A program made the translations under genes and the position numbers. A stretch of DNA of 64,000 nucleotides, taken from Candidatus Dormibacteria bacterium. GTDB lineage: Bacteria > Chloroflexota > Dormibacteria > Aeolococcales > Aeolococcaceae. The stretch lies in assembly GCA_051002895.1 (NCBI GenBank), contig JBPCLW010000047.1, positions 2,273 to 66,272 of the forward strand. Direction: 5' to 3'. Below the pieces are notes generated by a model. That model worked only from the letters and a program-made list of their open reading frames with translations, did no database searches and was not told the DNA's origin. Positions 29,466-38,787 of the stretch are shown here, in pieces (the first letter of the stretch is position 1; each line of letters opens with the position of its first letter).

Positions 29466-30905
29466 CTAGGTCACTGCAACAGCTGCAGCGATGGCGGCGA
29501 CATGCGCGGGATCGCGCAGCAGCCGAAGGAACGGCTGCTGCCGCTCCTTCCATGAGTCGGCCGCCGCAATCAGCTCGGGGTGTTCCTCGATGAAGGCGGT
29601 GGTGTAGTGGCCGCTGCGGAAGGTTGCGTGCTCGAGGATGGCAAGGTGATAGGGGATGTTCGTGCGGATCCCGGTGATGCAGTACTCGATGAGCGCCCGC
29701 TGCATGCGGGTGATGGCGAGCTCACGTGTCGGCCCCCACACGATGAGCTTGGCGATCATCGGGTCGTAATTCGGCGACACCATCCCCGGACCGGCGAGAG
29801 AGGAGTCGACCCGCACCCCGGGCCCGCTGGGCTCGCGGTAGCCGGTGACCTGCCCTGGCGAGGGCATGAAGTTCTTCTGGTAGTTCTCGGCGTTGACGCG
29901 GCATTCGATGGCGTGACCCACGGGAACGAGGTCCTCCTGGCGCAGCGAGAGTGGCTCGCCGGCAGCGACGCGCAACTGCTCCACAACGAGGTCGACGCCG
30001 TAGACGCACTCGGTGACGGGATGCTCCACCTGGAGCCGGGTGTTCATCTCCAGGAAGAAGAACTCCCCGTTGGAGTAGATGAACTCAACAGTGCCCGCGT
30101 TGACGTAGCCGACAGCGCGCGCCGCGGTCACGGCCGCCTCTCCCATCTGCCGCCGTGTCTGAGGAGTGATGACCGAACTGGGCGACTCCTCGAGGATCTT
30201 CTGGTGCCGCCGCTGGATCGAGCACTCCCGCTCGCCAAGGTGCATGACATTGCCGTGAGAGTCAGCAATGACCTGGATCTCGATGTGCCGGGGCTCCTCG
30301 ACGTAACGCTCCAGGAAGACGGTGGCGTTGCCGAAGGCGCGCAGAGCGGTGGACTGCGCCGTCTCCAGACCGCTGCGCAGATCCGCCTCATCGCGGGCCA
30401 CCCGCATGCCGATACCGCCGCCACCAGCGCTCGCCTTGATCAGCACTGGATAGCCGATGTCCGCGGCGACGCCGACCGCCTCGTCGGGATTCTCGATGGC
30501 CCCGCTGCCGGGCACGATGGGCACGCCGGACGCGCGCATGCGCTCGCGGGCCGGCACCTTCTCGCCCATCGCCGCCATGGCCTCCGGGGGGGGGCCGATG
30601 AAGGTGATGCCGCGTTCCCCGCAGGCACGGGCAAACTCCTGATTCTCGCTGAGGAATCCATAGCCGGGATGGATTGCGTCTGCGTTGGTGAGCGTCGCCA
30701 CCTCGAGGATGCGCGCGATATTCAGGTATGACTGCGCCGGCGCCGCCGCGCCGATCTCATGAGCCTCGTCCGCGAGCAGGGTGAACGCCGCATTGCGGTC
30801 GGCCTCGCTGTACACGGCGACAGAGCGAAGCCCCAGGTCGCGACATGCGCGGATGACGCGGATGGCGATCTCTCCGCGGTTGGCCACGAGCACCGTGCTG
30901 AACAT
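29466..30905 (-). CDS. biotin carboxylase subunit (acetyl-CoA/pyruvate carboxylase subunit A type)
   Basis: 479 aa; ATP-grasp and biotin carboxylase motifs (NRGEIAIR, HPGYGFLSEN, GGGGIGMR, EMNTRLQVEHPVTE). Confidence 0.85.
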   Translation of the reverse strand: MFSTVLVANRGEIAIRVIRACRDLGLRSVAVYSEADRNAAFTLLADEAHEIGAAAPAQSYLNIARILEVATLTNADAIHPGYGFLSENQEFARACGERGITFIGPPPEAMAAMGEKVPARERMRASGVPIVPGSGAIENPDEAVGVAADIGYPVLIKASAGGGGIGMRVARDEADLRSGLETAQSTALRAFGNATVFLERYVEEPRHIEIQVIADSHGNVMHLGERECSIQRRHQKILEESPSSVITPQTRRQMGEAAVTAARAVGYVNAGTVEFIYSNGEFFFLEMNTRLQVEHPVTECVYGVDLVVEQLRVAAGEPLSLRQEDLVPVGHAIECRVNAENYQKNFMPSPGQVTGYREPSGPGVRVDSSLAGPGMVSPNYDPMIAKLIVWGPTRELAITRMQRALIEYCITGIRTNIPYHLAILEHATFRSGHYTTAFIEEHPELIAAADSWKERQQPFLRLLRDPAHVAAIAAAVAVT

Positions 30906-30939
30906 TGATGTTCTCCTGCGTCTACGCGCCCGACTGCCG

Positions 30940-32721
30940 TCAGCTCACCGCGACGATGGGATCCTTGGGACCGACGATGTCACCCTCCTGGACGTACACG
31001 GCGGAGACCGTGCCGGCGCGCGTGGCGGTGACGTCGTTCTGCATCTTCATGGCCTCGAGCACGGCGACGAGGTCGCCGACACTAACGCTGTCTCCCTTCT
31101 TCACCGCCACCTTGAGAATGAGCCCCTGCATGGGCGCGGTGATGGCGCCCGCCGCGATGACCGGCGCCGACGACGCTCCGGCGCCCTCTCCGCTCTTGCC
31201 CCCACTCCTGCTGAGGCCCTGTCCAAACACGCGGACAGCGTACGTCTGGCCGTCGACCTCGACCCGGAGTTCGCGCACCTCCTCGGCGGGCGCGGGCTGC
31301 AGGTCCGGCGCGCTCTCCACAGTTGGGGGCGCATGCTCGGCAATCTCGGGGATCTCGGGACCGATTTCGTCGCCGAGCAGCTCGACCTCGGCGGCGCCGT
31401 GGAGCAGGGCGAGGGTCTCGTCGGGGAAAAGGGCGTGAAGCAGAGCCGCGCCCCCGTCGTCGCGCACGCCTTCGCGCTTCAGATCGCGCCGCGAGCGATC
31501 CATCTGAGGCTCGAGGAGATCGGCCGGACGGCAGGTGATGGGTTCCTCGCGGCCGTTGACGAGGCGGCGCACGTCGCCATCAATGGCCACGGGCGGCTGC
31601 CCGAACAGGCCCAGACAGTAGTCTTTCACCTCCTGGCTGACGGTGGCATAGCGGTCACCATCGGTGACGTTGTAGACGGCCTGGCTGGAGAGGATCTCCG
31701 GAAAGGGGCTGACCAGAGGCGGGTGACCGAGGTCGGCGCGCACTTGGGCGATCTCGCTCTCCACCTCAGGGAGACGGTCAAGGGCGTTGCGCTCGCGGAG
31801 TTCGGCGAGGCCGTGACCCATGAGCGAGACAGGGAGCTGGCCGCGGAGTGCCGCGGTGTCGAGACGCCACGCCCCGGGATCGGCAAGGTCGACGTACAGC
31901 GGGGCGATCGCCTCGAAGAACTCGCTGACCGCAAGGATGGCGTTGAGGTCGAGTTCGGGATCGGCGTCGGTGCCGCTGAGTCCGTTCACCACCGCCTCAG
32001 CTGCCGGGTAGGCAGCTCCGCCGCCCAGCGCGGCAACGCAGACGTCCGCACGGCTGACGACACCGGCGATGGCGCCCGCCTGGTAGGCGTAGCCGGCCTG
32101 ACCGGCCTGTGCGGTCAGGCTGAGGCCAACGGGAAGGCCACCACTTGCCTCCCCGATCTCCCGGGCCAGATCGACAGCACGACGGGCTGCGAGCGACCCC
32201 AGGGGGTCATGTAGGGTCAGGCGATCCGCCCCCATCGCTGCGAACCGCGCTGCCAGGTCGGTGAGCCGTCCCGCCGGGGTGTCGGTGTGGACGATGACCC
32301 CGTCGACCTGGCGGCCGGCGTCCTTCACCGCTGCAATCGAGCGCTCGAGGTTCGCGGCGTCGTTCAGCGGGTCGTGAAGGCGGAAGAGGTCGATCCCCGA
32401 CTCCACCGCGTGGCGGATGAAGGCATCGACAACATCGTCCGGGTACTGACGATGCCCGACCAGAGCCTGACCGGCGAGGCTTGCCGCCAGGGTCGTCCGG
32501 GGAGCCGCCTCGCGGATGGCGCGGAGCCGCTGGAAGGGATCCTCGCCAAGGAATCGCAGCTGCGACTCGAAGGAGGGACCGCCGAGGACCTCGAGGGCGG
32601 CGAACCCGCAGACGTCGAGCAGGGCAGCGGCGCGAACAGCATGACGCTGGCGCAGGCGGCTGAGCAGAAGCGCCTGCTGCCCGTGGCGGAGAGACGCCTC
32701 CACCAATTCCAGGCGGGGCAT
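30940..32721 (-). CDS. carboxyltransferase (5S) subunit with C-terminal biotinyl carrier domain (pyruvate carboxylase subunit B / oxaloacetate decarboxylase alpha-like)
   Basis: N-terminal TIM-barrel HMGL-like domain (LRHGQQALL); C-terminal biotinyl domain with the EAMKM biotinylation motif. ORF track extends to 32952; the likely start is MPRLELVEASLRHG at 32721. Confidence 0.8.
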   Translation of the reverse strand: MPRLELVEASLRHGQQALLLSRLRQRHAVRAAALLDVCGFAALEVLGGPSFESQLRFLGEDPFQRLRAIREAAPRTTLAASLAGQALVGHRQYPDDVVDAFIRHAVESGIDLFRLHDPLNDAANLERSIAAVKDAGRQVDGVIVHTDTPAGRLTDLAARFAAMGADRLTLHDPLGSLAARRAVDLAREIGEASGGLPVGLSLTAQAGQAGYAYQAGAIAGVVSRADVCVAALGGGAAYPAAEAVVNGLSGTDADPELDLNAILAVSEFFEAIAPLYVDLADPGAWRLDTAALRGQLPVSLMGHGLAELRERNALDRLPEVESEIAQVRADLGHPPLVSPFPEILSSQAVYNVTDGDRYATVSQEVKDYCLGLFGQPPVAIDGDVRRLVNGREEPITCRPADLLEPQMDRSRRDLKREGVRDDGGAALLHALFPDETLALLHGAAEVELLGDEIGPEIPEIAEHAPPTVESAPDLQPAPAEEVRELRVEVDGQTYAVRVFGQGLSRSGGKSGEGAGASSAPVIAAGAITAPMQGLILKVAVKKGDSVSVGDLVAVLEAMKMQNDVTATRAGTVSAVYVQEGDIVGPKDPIVAVS

Positions 32722-32959
32722 GACCGGAGATTGTATTGGCGACTGGGTGTCCGATGTCCGTCCTACCTGGCCACACTGGTCGCAGGATCTACTCAGGGCA
32801 GTAACGTGAGCGCCTCGACGTGCCGGGGACGAACGATCGAAAAGTGACGGCGGTCGAGAGTGGCAGCGGCGGCGCGCAGCGCCCGCTTGCCCCAGGTCGC
32901 CCTCCACCGCTACCAGGGCTGACGGCTCACCGCGCGCCTCGTCGCCGCACATGCGCCGC

Positions 32960-34528
32960 TCAGCCGGATGGCGAGGTGCGCCCGTCCTCCGCAGCGAGGA
33001 CTGCCCGCGCGGCGTTGTGGCCGGGGATGCCGCTCACGCCACCACCGCGCCGGGCGCCGGCTCCGCACAACCATAGGTTGGGATATGCTGTTTCCACACC
33101 CCAGGTCCCCACCTCATCCTCGGATTCGGCGTAGGGCCAGGCGAGATCCCGGTGGAAGATGTTGCCGCCGGGCAGACCGAGTTCCGCCTCCAGTTCGATC
33201 GGAGTGCGCGCTTCCAGACAGGGTGTCCCGTCGCCGGCGAGCCACAGGCAGTCTTCGATCGGTTCGGCGAGCACGGCGTTCAGAGAACGCATGGTTGCGG
33301 CGACCGCACTGGCCTTGGCGGCGGCATGGTCACCGCGGAACAGCCGCGCCGGCATGTGCAACCCGAAGAGCGTGAGGGTCTGCGCTGCGGCCCGGCGCAA
33401 ATCCGGTCCGAGGATGCTGGGGTCGCTCAGAGAGTGGCAGTAGGTTTCACACGGCGGCAGGGTGGGGATCCGACCGCCAGCCGCCTGCTGATAGGCCTGC
33501 TGCAGTTGGGCATAGCCCTCGTTGACGTGGAACGTACCGGCGAAAGCCTGGCTGGGCTCCACGCTGCGATCGCGGATGCGGGGTAGGCGCGTCAGCAGCA
33601 TGTTGATCTTCAGCTGAGACCCCTCTGGAGAGGGCTGCTCAGTCAGCCGGCCGAGAAGCTCATCGAGGACGGCTGGCGCCACGTTGGCGAGGACGTGGCC
33701 CGCTTCCACCACGGTTCCATCCGCACACGTCACTTCGGCGCGAGTTCCGTCGGTGGCGATCTTCTGTACCTCGGAATCGACGCAGAGCACGGCCCCGGCG
33801 CCCCGCGCGCGGTCGGCCAGGGCGCCGGTCAGCGCGCCCATGCCGCCAACAGGAATATCCCAGTCGCCGGTGCCGTTGCCGATGACGTGATAGAGAAAGC
33901 ACCGATTTTGCCGCAGCCCCGGATCATCGGCGGGCGCGAACGTTCCGATGGTGGCGTCGGTGAGCACCACGCCACGCACCAAGTCGTCGGCGAAGGTCTC
34001 CTCCAGAGTTGTAGCCAGAGGTGTCTCGAACAACCCGGACCAGGCGTCGTCGTCGTCGACGAGCCGGCGCATGTCGGCTCGTGAGCACAGCGGCTGGGTG
34101 AGGGTGGGAAAGACTCGCGCGGCGACCGCAGCGGTCATGGCGTGGAACCGCCGCCAGGTCTCATACGCTCCCGAGTCACCAGTGAGGTCAGACATCGACG
34201 CTCGACTGCGCTCCTCGTTGTCCTCGATAAGAAGTCCGCTCAGATCGCAAGGGGTGTAGGAGGAGACGCGTCGGCGCCGAATCTCCACGGTGATATCCAG
34301 TTCCCTGAGCAGGGCTTTGGGGAACAAGCTCACCAGGTAGGAGTATCGAGAGAGCCGCGCGTCGACGCCGGCAAATGGCAATTCGGACACCGCAGCGCCG
34401 CCCAGATGATGCCGACGTTCCAAGACCAGCACCGACCTGCCGGCCCGGCTCAGAAGGATGGCGGCAACCAGGCCGTTGTGTCCGCCACCGACGATTACGG
34501 CATCGTAGAAACCGACGCTGGCGGTCAT
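32960..34528 (-). CDS. NAD(P)/FAD-dependent oxidoreductase, phytoene-desaturase (CrtI)-related family
   Basis: N-terminal YDAVIVGGGHNGLVAAILLSRAG...LERR dinucleotide-binding motif; 522 aa. Confidence 0.7.
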   Translation of the reverse strand: MTASVGFYDAVIVGGGHNGLVAAILLSRAGRSVLVLERRHHLGGAAVSELPFAGVDARLSRYSYLVSLFPKALLRELDITVEIRRRRVSSYTPCDLSGLLIEDNEERSRASMSDLTGDSGAYETWRRFHAMTAAVAARVFPTLTQPLCSRADMRRLVDDDDAWSGLFETPLATTLEETFADDLVRGVVLTDATIGTFAPADDPGLRQNRCFLYHVIGNGTGDWDIPVGGMGALTGALADRARGAGAVLCVDSEVQKIATDGTRAEVTCADGTVVEAGHVLANVAPAVLDELLGRLTEQPSPEGSQLKINMLLTRLPRIRDRSVEPSQAFAGTFHVNEGYAQLQQAYQQAAGGRIPTLPPCETYCHSLSDPSILGPDLRRAAAQTLTLFGLHMPARLFRGDHAAAKASAVAATMRSLNAVLAEPIEDCLWLAGDGTPCLEARTPIELEAELGLPGGNIFHRDLAWPYAESEDEVGTWGVETAYPNLWLCGAGARRGGGVSGIPGHNAARAVLAAEDGRTSPSG

Positions 34529-34980
34529 GCCAAGCCATGGTACTCAGGTTCGGAACCGTCACCAGAAGAACCCGGCTTTGGCCGCTTCTCCGGCTGTACC
34601 GACGATCAGGGGATGTCCTTTGGCCTCCATTAGTTACCGAGCGCGTGAGTTGTGGTGCGTCTCTTCACCGGGACCCAGGGGCTCGATGACGCCTTGATCC
34701 AGCCCTACAGCGGCCACGCCAGCCGAGAAAGTCCCTGGAGGAGCCCTTCCGGGCGCTGTAGGGGCTGCCCAGCGGCGTACAGGCGTCTTGGCATCCAGTG
34801 ACTCGGCAGAGACCACCATGCCGGCGCACGGGGGTGGGCTAGGGTCATGACTAATGCCAGCGTTGCCCCCGCCAAGCGAACCGGCTTCCATATGTTTGAC
34901 CCTCCCACTCATGCCCAACTCGGGCCAGATCAGCGATCGAGAATGACAGGCGCTCTGACGAGGTCGGGCGGCCCTTCCGA

Positions 34981-35481
34981 TCAAGCCTCCGGCGAGAATC
35001 CCGGTGGAAGTTCCACGGTGTCAGCCATCTTGGCCCGCTGCGCACGCACCGCGGTGGCCACGGCGGGATCGGTGAGGGCGAGGATCTCGGCGGCCAGGTG
35101 GGCGGCGTTGCGGGCCCCCATGTCACCCACCGCCACGGTTGCCACCGGGATTCCCGGTGGCATCTGCACGATGCTGAGCAGCGAGTCGAAGCCCGCCAGC
35201 GGGGTGGCCGCGAGCGGCACACCGATGACCGGCAGCGTCGTGAGCGATGCGAGCACGCCGGGCAGGTGAGCGGCGGCTCCGGCAGCGGCGATGAGGACAC
35301 GGAGACCTCGGCCCTCGGCCTGGGCTCCATAACTGCGCACCACCGCGCCGGCCCGGTGCGCCGACATGACCCCGATCTCCCAGCCGATGGCGTAGTCGTC
35401 GAGAACGGCTCCGCACTTCTGCATGACGGGGAGATCGGACGCACTCCCCACGATGATGCCGACGCGCGGTGTCGCGTTCAT
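34981..35481 (-). CDS. purE: N5-carboxyaminoimidazole ribonucleotide mutase
   Basis: [14 protein letters not shown]...[24 protein letters not shown] PurE signature. Confidence 0.9.
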   Translation of the reverse strand: MNATPRVGIIVGSASDLPVMQKCGAVLDDYAIGWEIGVMSAHRAGAVVRSYGAQAEGRGLRVLIAAAGAAAHLPGVLASLTTLPVIGVPLAATPLAGFDSLLSIVQMPPGIPVATVAVGDMGARNAAHLAAEILALTDPAVATAVRAQRAKMADTVELPPGFSPEA

Positions 35482-36758
35482 GATGGGACGCCAGCGACCG
35501 CATTGGCGGCGATGTCCTCGCGGATCCGCATGCCGTCGAACTGGACACGACCGACGTTTGCGTAGGCATGGCTCCGCGCCGCAGCCAGATCATCGCCGCG
35601 ACCGACAACAGTGAGCACGCGACCCCCGGCGGTCACCAGCTCTCCGGCGGCGTTGTGCGCCGTTCCCGCCTGGAAGCAGAGAGCCCGAGCGTCGATGTCG
35701 TCGATGCCGGTGATGGCATCGCCGACATGCGGGGGTGCCGGATATCCGGCGGCGCAGGCAACCACGCCGACCGCGGCCCCGCTCGCCGGTGTCGCAGGTG
35801 TGTCGGCGAGAGTGCCCCGCGCCACCCCGTCGAGGAGATCGAGTACGCCCTCGCCGAGGAGCGGCAGGATCACCTGGGTTTCTGGATCACCGAGGCGGGC
35901 GTTGAACTCGAGTACGCGGATGCCATCGCGGGTGAGCATGAGTCCGGCATAGAGGCAGCCGACGAACGGTGAGCCCCCATCCGCGAGCGCGTCGATGACC
36001 GGTTCGATAACCTGGCGCTGCACCTCGTCGAGAAGCGTGCCATCGGTTGTCCCAGGCGCGTACGCGCCCATCCCTCCGGTGTTGGGGCCGACATCGCCAT
36101 CGAGCGCGCGCTTGTAATCGCGCGCCGACGCCAGCATGCGGACGTCACGACCGTCGCTGAGCGCGAAGACGGAGAGCTCCTCACCTTCGAGGAACTCCTC
36201 GACAACGACGACGTCCCCCGCGTCGCCGAAGCGGCGCTCGTTGAGGCAGGTGGCGAGGGCAGCGGTGGCATCCTCGCGGTCCTCGCAGATGGCCACGCCC
36301 TTGCCGAGAGCGAGGCCGTCCGCCTTGACGACACAGCGACCGTTGAGATCAATGACGAAGTCGAAGAGGTCGGCGCGGGCCTCGCGACCTCCGGAGCGCC
36401 ACCGTGCGGTGGGCACGCCGGCCTTGCCCATGAGTTCCTTGGCAAAGCTCTTGCTTGACTCGATGCGTGCCGCCGCTGCGTCGGGGCCGAAAACCGCAAT
36501 CCCCGCTGCCCGGCAGGCGTCGCCCGCGCCGGCGGCGAGGGCAGCGTCAGGACCGAGGACGACGAGATCGATCTCCCGCTGCCGCGCCAGTTGAGCGATG
36601 GCGGCTCCGTCGGTGACGCGCAGCGGGATGTTCTCGGCAACCAGGGCGGTCCCGGGGTTGCCCGGAGCGCACAGCACTTCCGGCCGGCTGGCGTCGCGGG
36701 CGCAGGCCCAGGCCAGAGCGTGTTCGCGGCCGCCGGATCCAACGATGAGGACTCGCAT
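35478..36758 (-). CDS. purD: phosphoribosylamine--glycine ligase
   Basis: MRVLIVGSGGREHALAW...; ATP-grasp; 4-nt overlap with purE. Confidence 0.9.
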   Translation of the reverse strand: MRVLIVGSGGREHALAWACARDASRPEVLCAPGNPGTALVAENIPLRVTDGAAIAQLARQREIDLVVLGPDAALAAGAGDACRAAGIAVFGPDAAAARIESSKSFAKELMGKAGVPTARWRSGGREARADLFDFVIDLNGRCVVKADGLALGKGVAICEDREDATAALATCLNERRFGDAGDVVVVEEFLEGEELSVFALSDGRDVRMLASARDYKRALDGDVGPNTGGMGAYAPGTTDGTLLDEVQRQVIEPVIDALADGGSPFVGCLYAGLMLTRDGIRVLEFNARLGDPETQVILPLLGEGVLDLLDGVARGTLADTPATPASGAAVGVVACAAGYPAPPHVGDAITGIDDIDARALCFQAGTAHNAAGELVTAGGRVLTVVGRGDDLAAARSHAYANVGRVQFDGMRIREDIAANAVAGVPS

Positions 36759-36892
36759 CGGCCCGATTGTGTGGGATTGGACGCGATTCCGGCTCTGGGG
36801 TCCTGAGATCGGGCTATGGCGGGGTTATACTCGCGATGCGATTCATCCGGGGGGTGTGACGCAGCTGCTGCGCACGGAGGCTGGCCAGGGGC

Positions 36893-37876
36893 ATGTGGCG
36901 CTACATCGTCAAGCGACTTCTCCTCGGTGTCGTCACCGTCTTCATCATCTCGGCGGTCATCTATCTCCTCATCGAGCAGTTGCCCGGCTCGTACATCGAC
37001 AGCCTGCTGCATCAACCGCGTCAGAGTGAAGCCCAGCGGGCCGCCCTGGCGCATTACTACGGCCGCGACAGACCGGTCATCGTGCGTTACTTCAACTGGT
37101 TGGTCGATGCCGTCCACGGCGACCTGGGATTCTCGTTCAGCCGCAACCAGACGGTCCTCGAGGCGATCAGCCAGCGGATCCTGCCCACGGCCATCCTCAT
37201 GGGCGTCTCCTACATCATCACCCTGCTCATCGCCGTCCCCATCGGCATCATCAGCGCGGTCAAGCAGTACAGCAAGTTGGACACCGGGGTAACTGCCTTC
37301 TCGTTCTTCGGATACGCGCTTCCCAACTACTGGTTCGGCGCCATCCTCATCTTCGTCTTCGCCATTCCCCATGGAGGCCACGCTGGAGTCCTTCCGGTAG
37401 GTGGCATCCTCAGCAACAGCAGCACCGACTACGTCGGCAATCTTGGCGATCTGGCGGTGCATCTCATCATGCCCACCATCGTTCTCACGGTGCAGTCGGT
37501 GGCGGTGTACTCCCGCTATGTCCGTAGCACGATGATGGAGACGCTCCGGCAGGACTACATCAGGACCGCGCGCGCTAAGGGACTGACACCGAGGACCATC
37601 ATCCTCCGTCACGGGTTTCGCAATTCACTGCTGCCGCTCATCACCCTCGTCGCCCTGGATCTGCCGCAGCTCTTCGTTGGGGCAGTCATCACCGAGTTCG
37701 TCTTCAACTGGCCGGGGATGGGCCAGCTCTTCGTCCGCGCCGCCGGCGACAAGGACACGGCGCTGCTGGTGGGAGTCCTCCTCATCCTGGCCACCTTCGT
37801 GGTCGTCTTCAACCTCCTCGCCGACCTGCTGTACAGCGTGGCCGACCCGCGCATCTCCTATGAGGGTGCCCACTGA
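36893..37876 (+). CDS. ABC transporter permease, DppB/OppB type
   Basis: MWRYIVKRLL N-terminus, six TM helices, EAA-like loop. Confidence 0.8.
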   Translation: MWRYIVKRLLLGVVTVFIISAVIYLLIEQLPGSYIDSLLHQPRQSEAQRAALAHYYGRDRPVIVRYFNWLVDAVHGDLGFSFSRNQTVLEAISQRILPTAILMGVSYIITLLIAVPIGIISAVKQYSKLDTGVTAFSFFGYALPNYWFGAILIFVFAIPHGGHAGVLPVGGILSNSSTDYVGNLGDLAVHLIMPTIVLTVQSVAVYSRYVRSTMMETLRQDYIRTARAKGLTPRTIILRHGFRNSLLPLITLVALDLPQLFVGAVITEFVFNWPGMGQLFVRAAGDKDTALLVGVLLILATFVVVFNLLADLLYSVADPRISYEGAH

Positions 37877-38787
37877 TGGCGACGACCGCCGCGGCTCCCC
37901 TGGCGGCCACCAGCGGCATCGACTTCGAGACCACCAAGGAGATCGGCTATTACCGGCTGGTCTGGCGCCGCTTCAAGTCCCGCCGCATCGCGCTGGTCGC
38001 TGCGGGCGTCCTTGCCTTTGTTGTGGCAGCCTGCGTGGTCATCCCCTTCTTCCTGCCCGCCGACACCGCCCGGCCGGGGCAGCTCTTCCTCGGCCTCTCC
38101 GCCGAGCATCCCTTCGGCACCGATGAATCCGGCCGCGATCTCTTCACCCGCGTCCTCCTCGGCGGCCGGACGTCACTGCTGGTGGGCCTTCTCGCCATGC
38201 TGGCGACCATCTTCATCGCCACCCTGGTGGGCGCGCTGGGCGGCTTCTTCGGCGGCATCACCGACAGCCTGCTCTCGGCACTGACCAACGCCTTCCTCTC
38301 GATGCCGGCGCTGCTGGTCCTCGTCATCTATGCGCAGGTGCTCAACCACAAGGATGTCTTCACCGTCGTCACCGGCATCGCGCTCGTCGCCTGGACGACG
38401 ACCGCCCGCATCGTGCGCTCGGTGGTGCTCTCCCTACGGGAAAAGGAGTACGTCGAGGCGGTGCGTGCTCTGGGGACGTCCCGCCCCCGCATCATCCTCC
38501 GCCACATTCTCCCCAACGCGCTGGGCACCATCATCGTGTCGGCGTCGCTCACCATCGCCGCCGCCATCCTCCTCGAGTCGGCCCTGTCGTTTCTCGGTGT
38601 CGGCATTGGCGAGCCGCTGGCGAGTTGGGGCTCCCTTCTGTCCAAGGGCGACGACGCCATCACCAGTCAGGGCGACTTCCTGTACGCACTTTGGCCGGGG
38701 CTGGCCATCCTCACCGTTGTGCTCTGCTTCAGCTACCTCGGCGACGCCCTCAACGATGCCTTCGATCCCAGGGCCCTGGAGCGTTGA
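37876..38787 (+). CDS. ABC transporter permease, DppC/OppC type
   Basis: Start overlaps the upstream stop (ATGA); typical OppC topology. Confidence 0.8.
   Translation: MATTAAAPLAATSGIDFETTKEIGYYRLVWRRFKSRRIALVAAGVLAFVVAACVVIPFFLPADTARPGQLFLGLSAEHPFGTDESGRDLFTRVLLGGRTSLLVGLLAMLATIFIATLVGALGGFFGGITDSLLSALTNAFLSMPALLVLVIYAQVLNHKDVFTVVTGIALVAWTTTARIVRSVVLSLREKEYVEAVRALGTSRPRIILRHILPNALGTIIVSASLTIAAAILLESALSFLGVGIGEPLASWGSLLSKGDDAITSQGDFLYALWPGLAILTVVLCFSYLGDALNDAFDPRALER

Noticed and set aside
34600-34980. Tested for RNase P RNA, SRP RNA and tmRNA
   Set aside because: Superficial similarity (GAAAGTCC, GAACCGGCTT) but the conserved P4, GGUUCGAAUCC or SRP domain IV blocks are absent on both strands.
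35870-37612. 580-aa minus-strand ORF
   Set aside because: Spans the purD 5' end, the intergenic region and dppB on the opposite strand. Asp/Arg-rich low-complexity translation.
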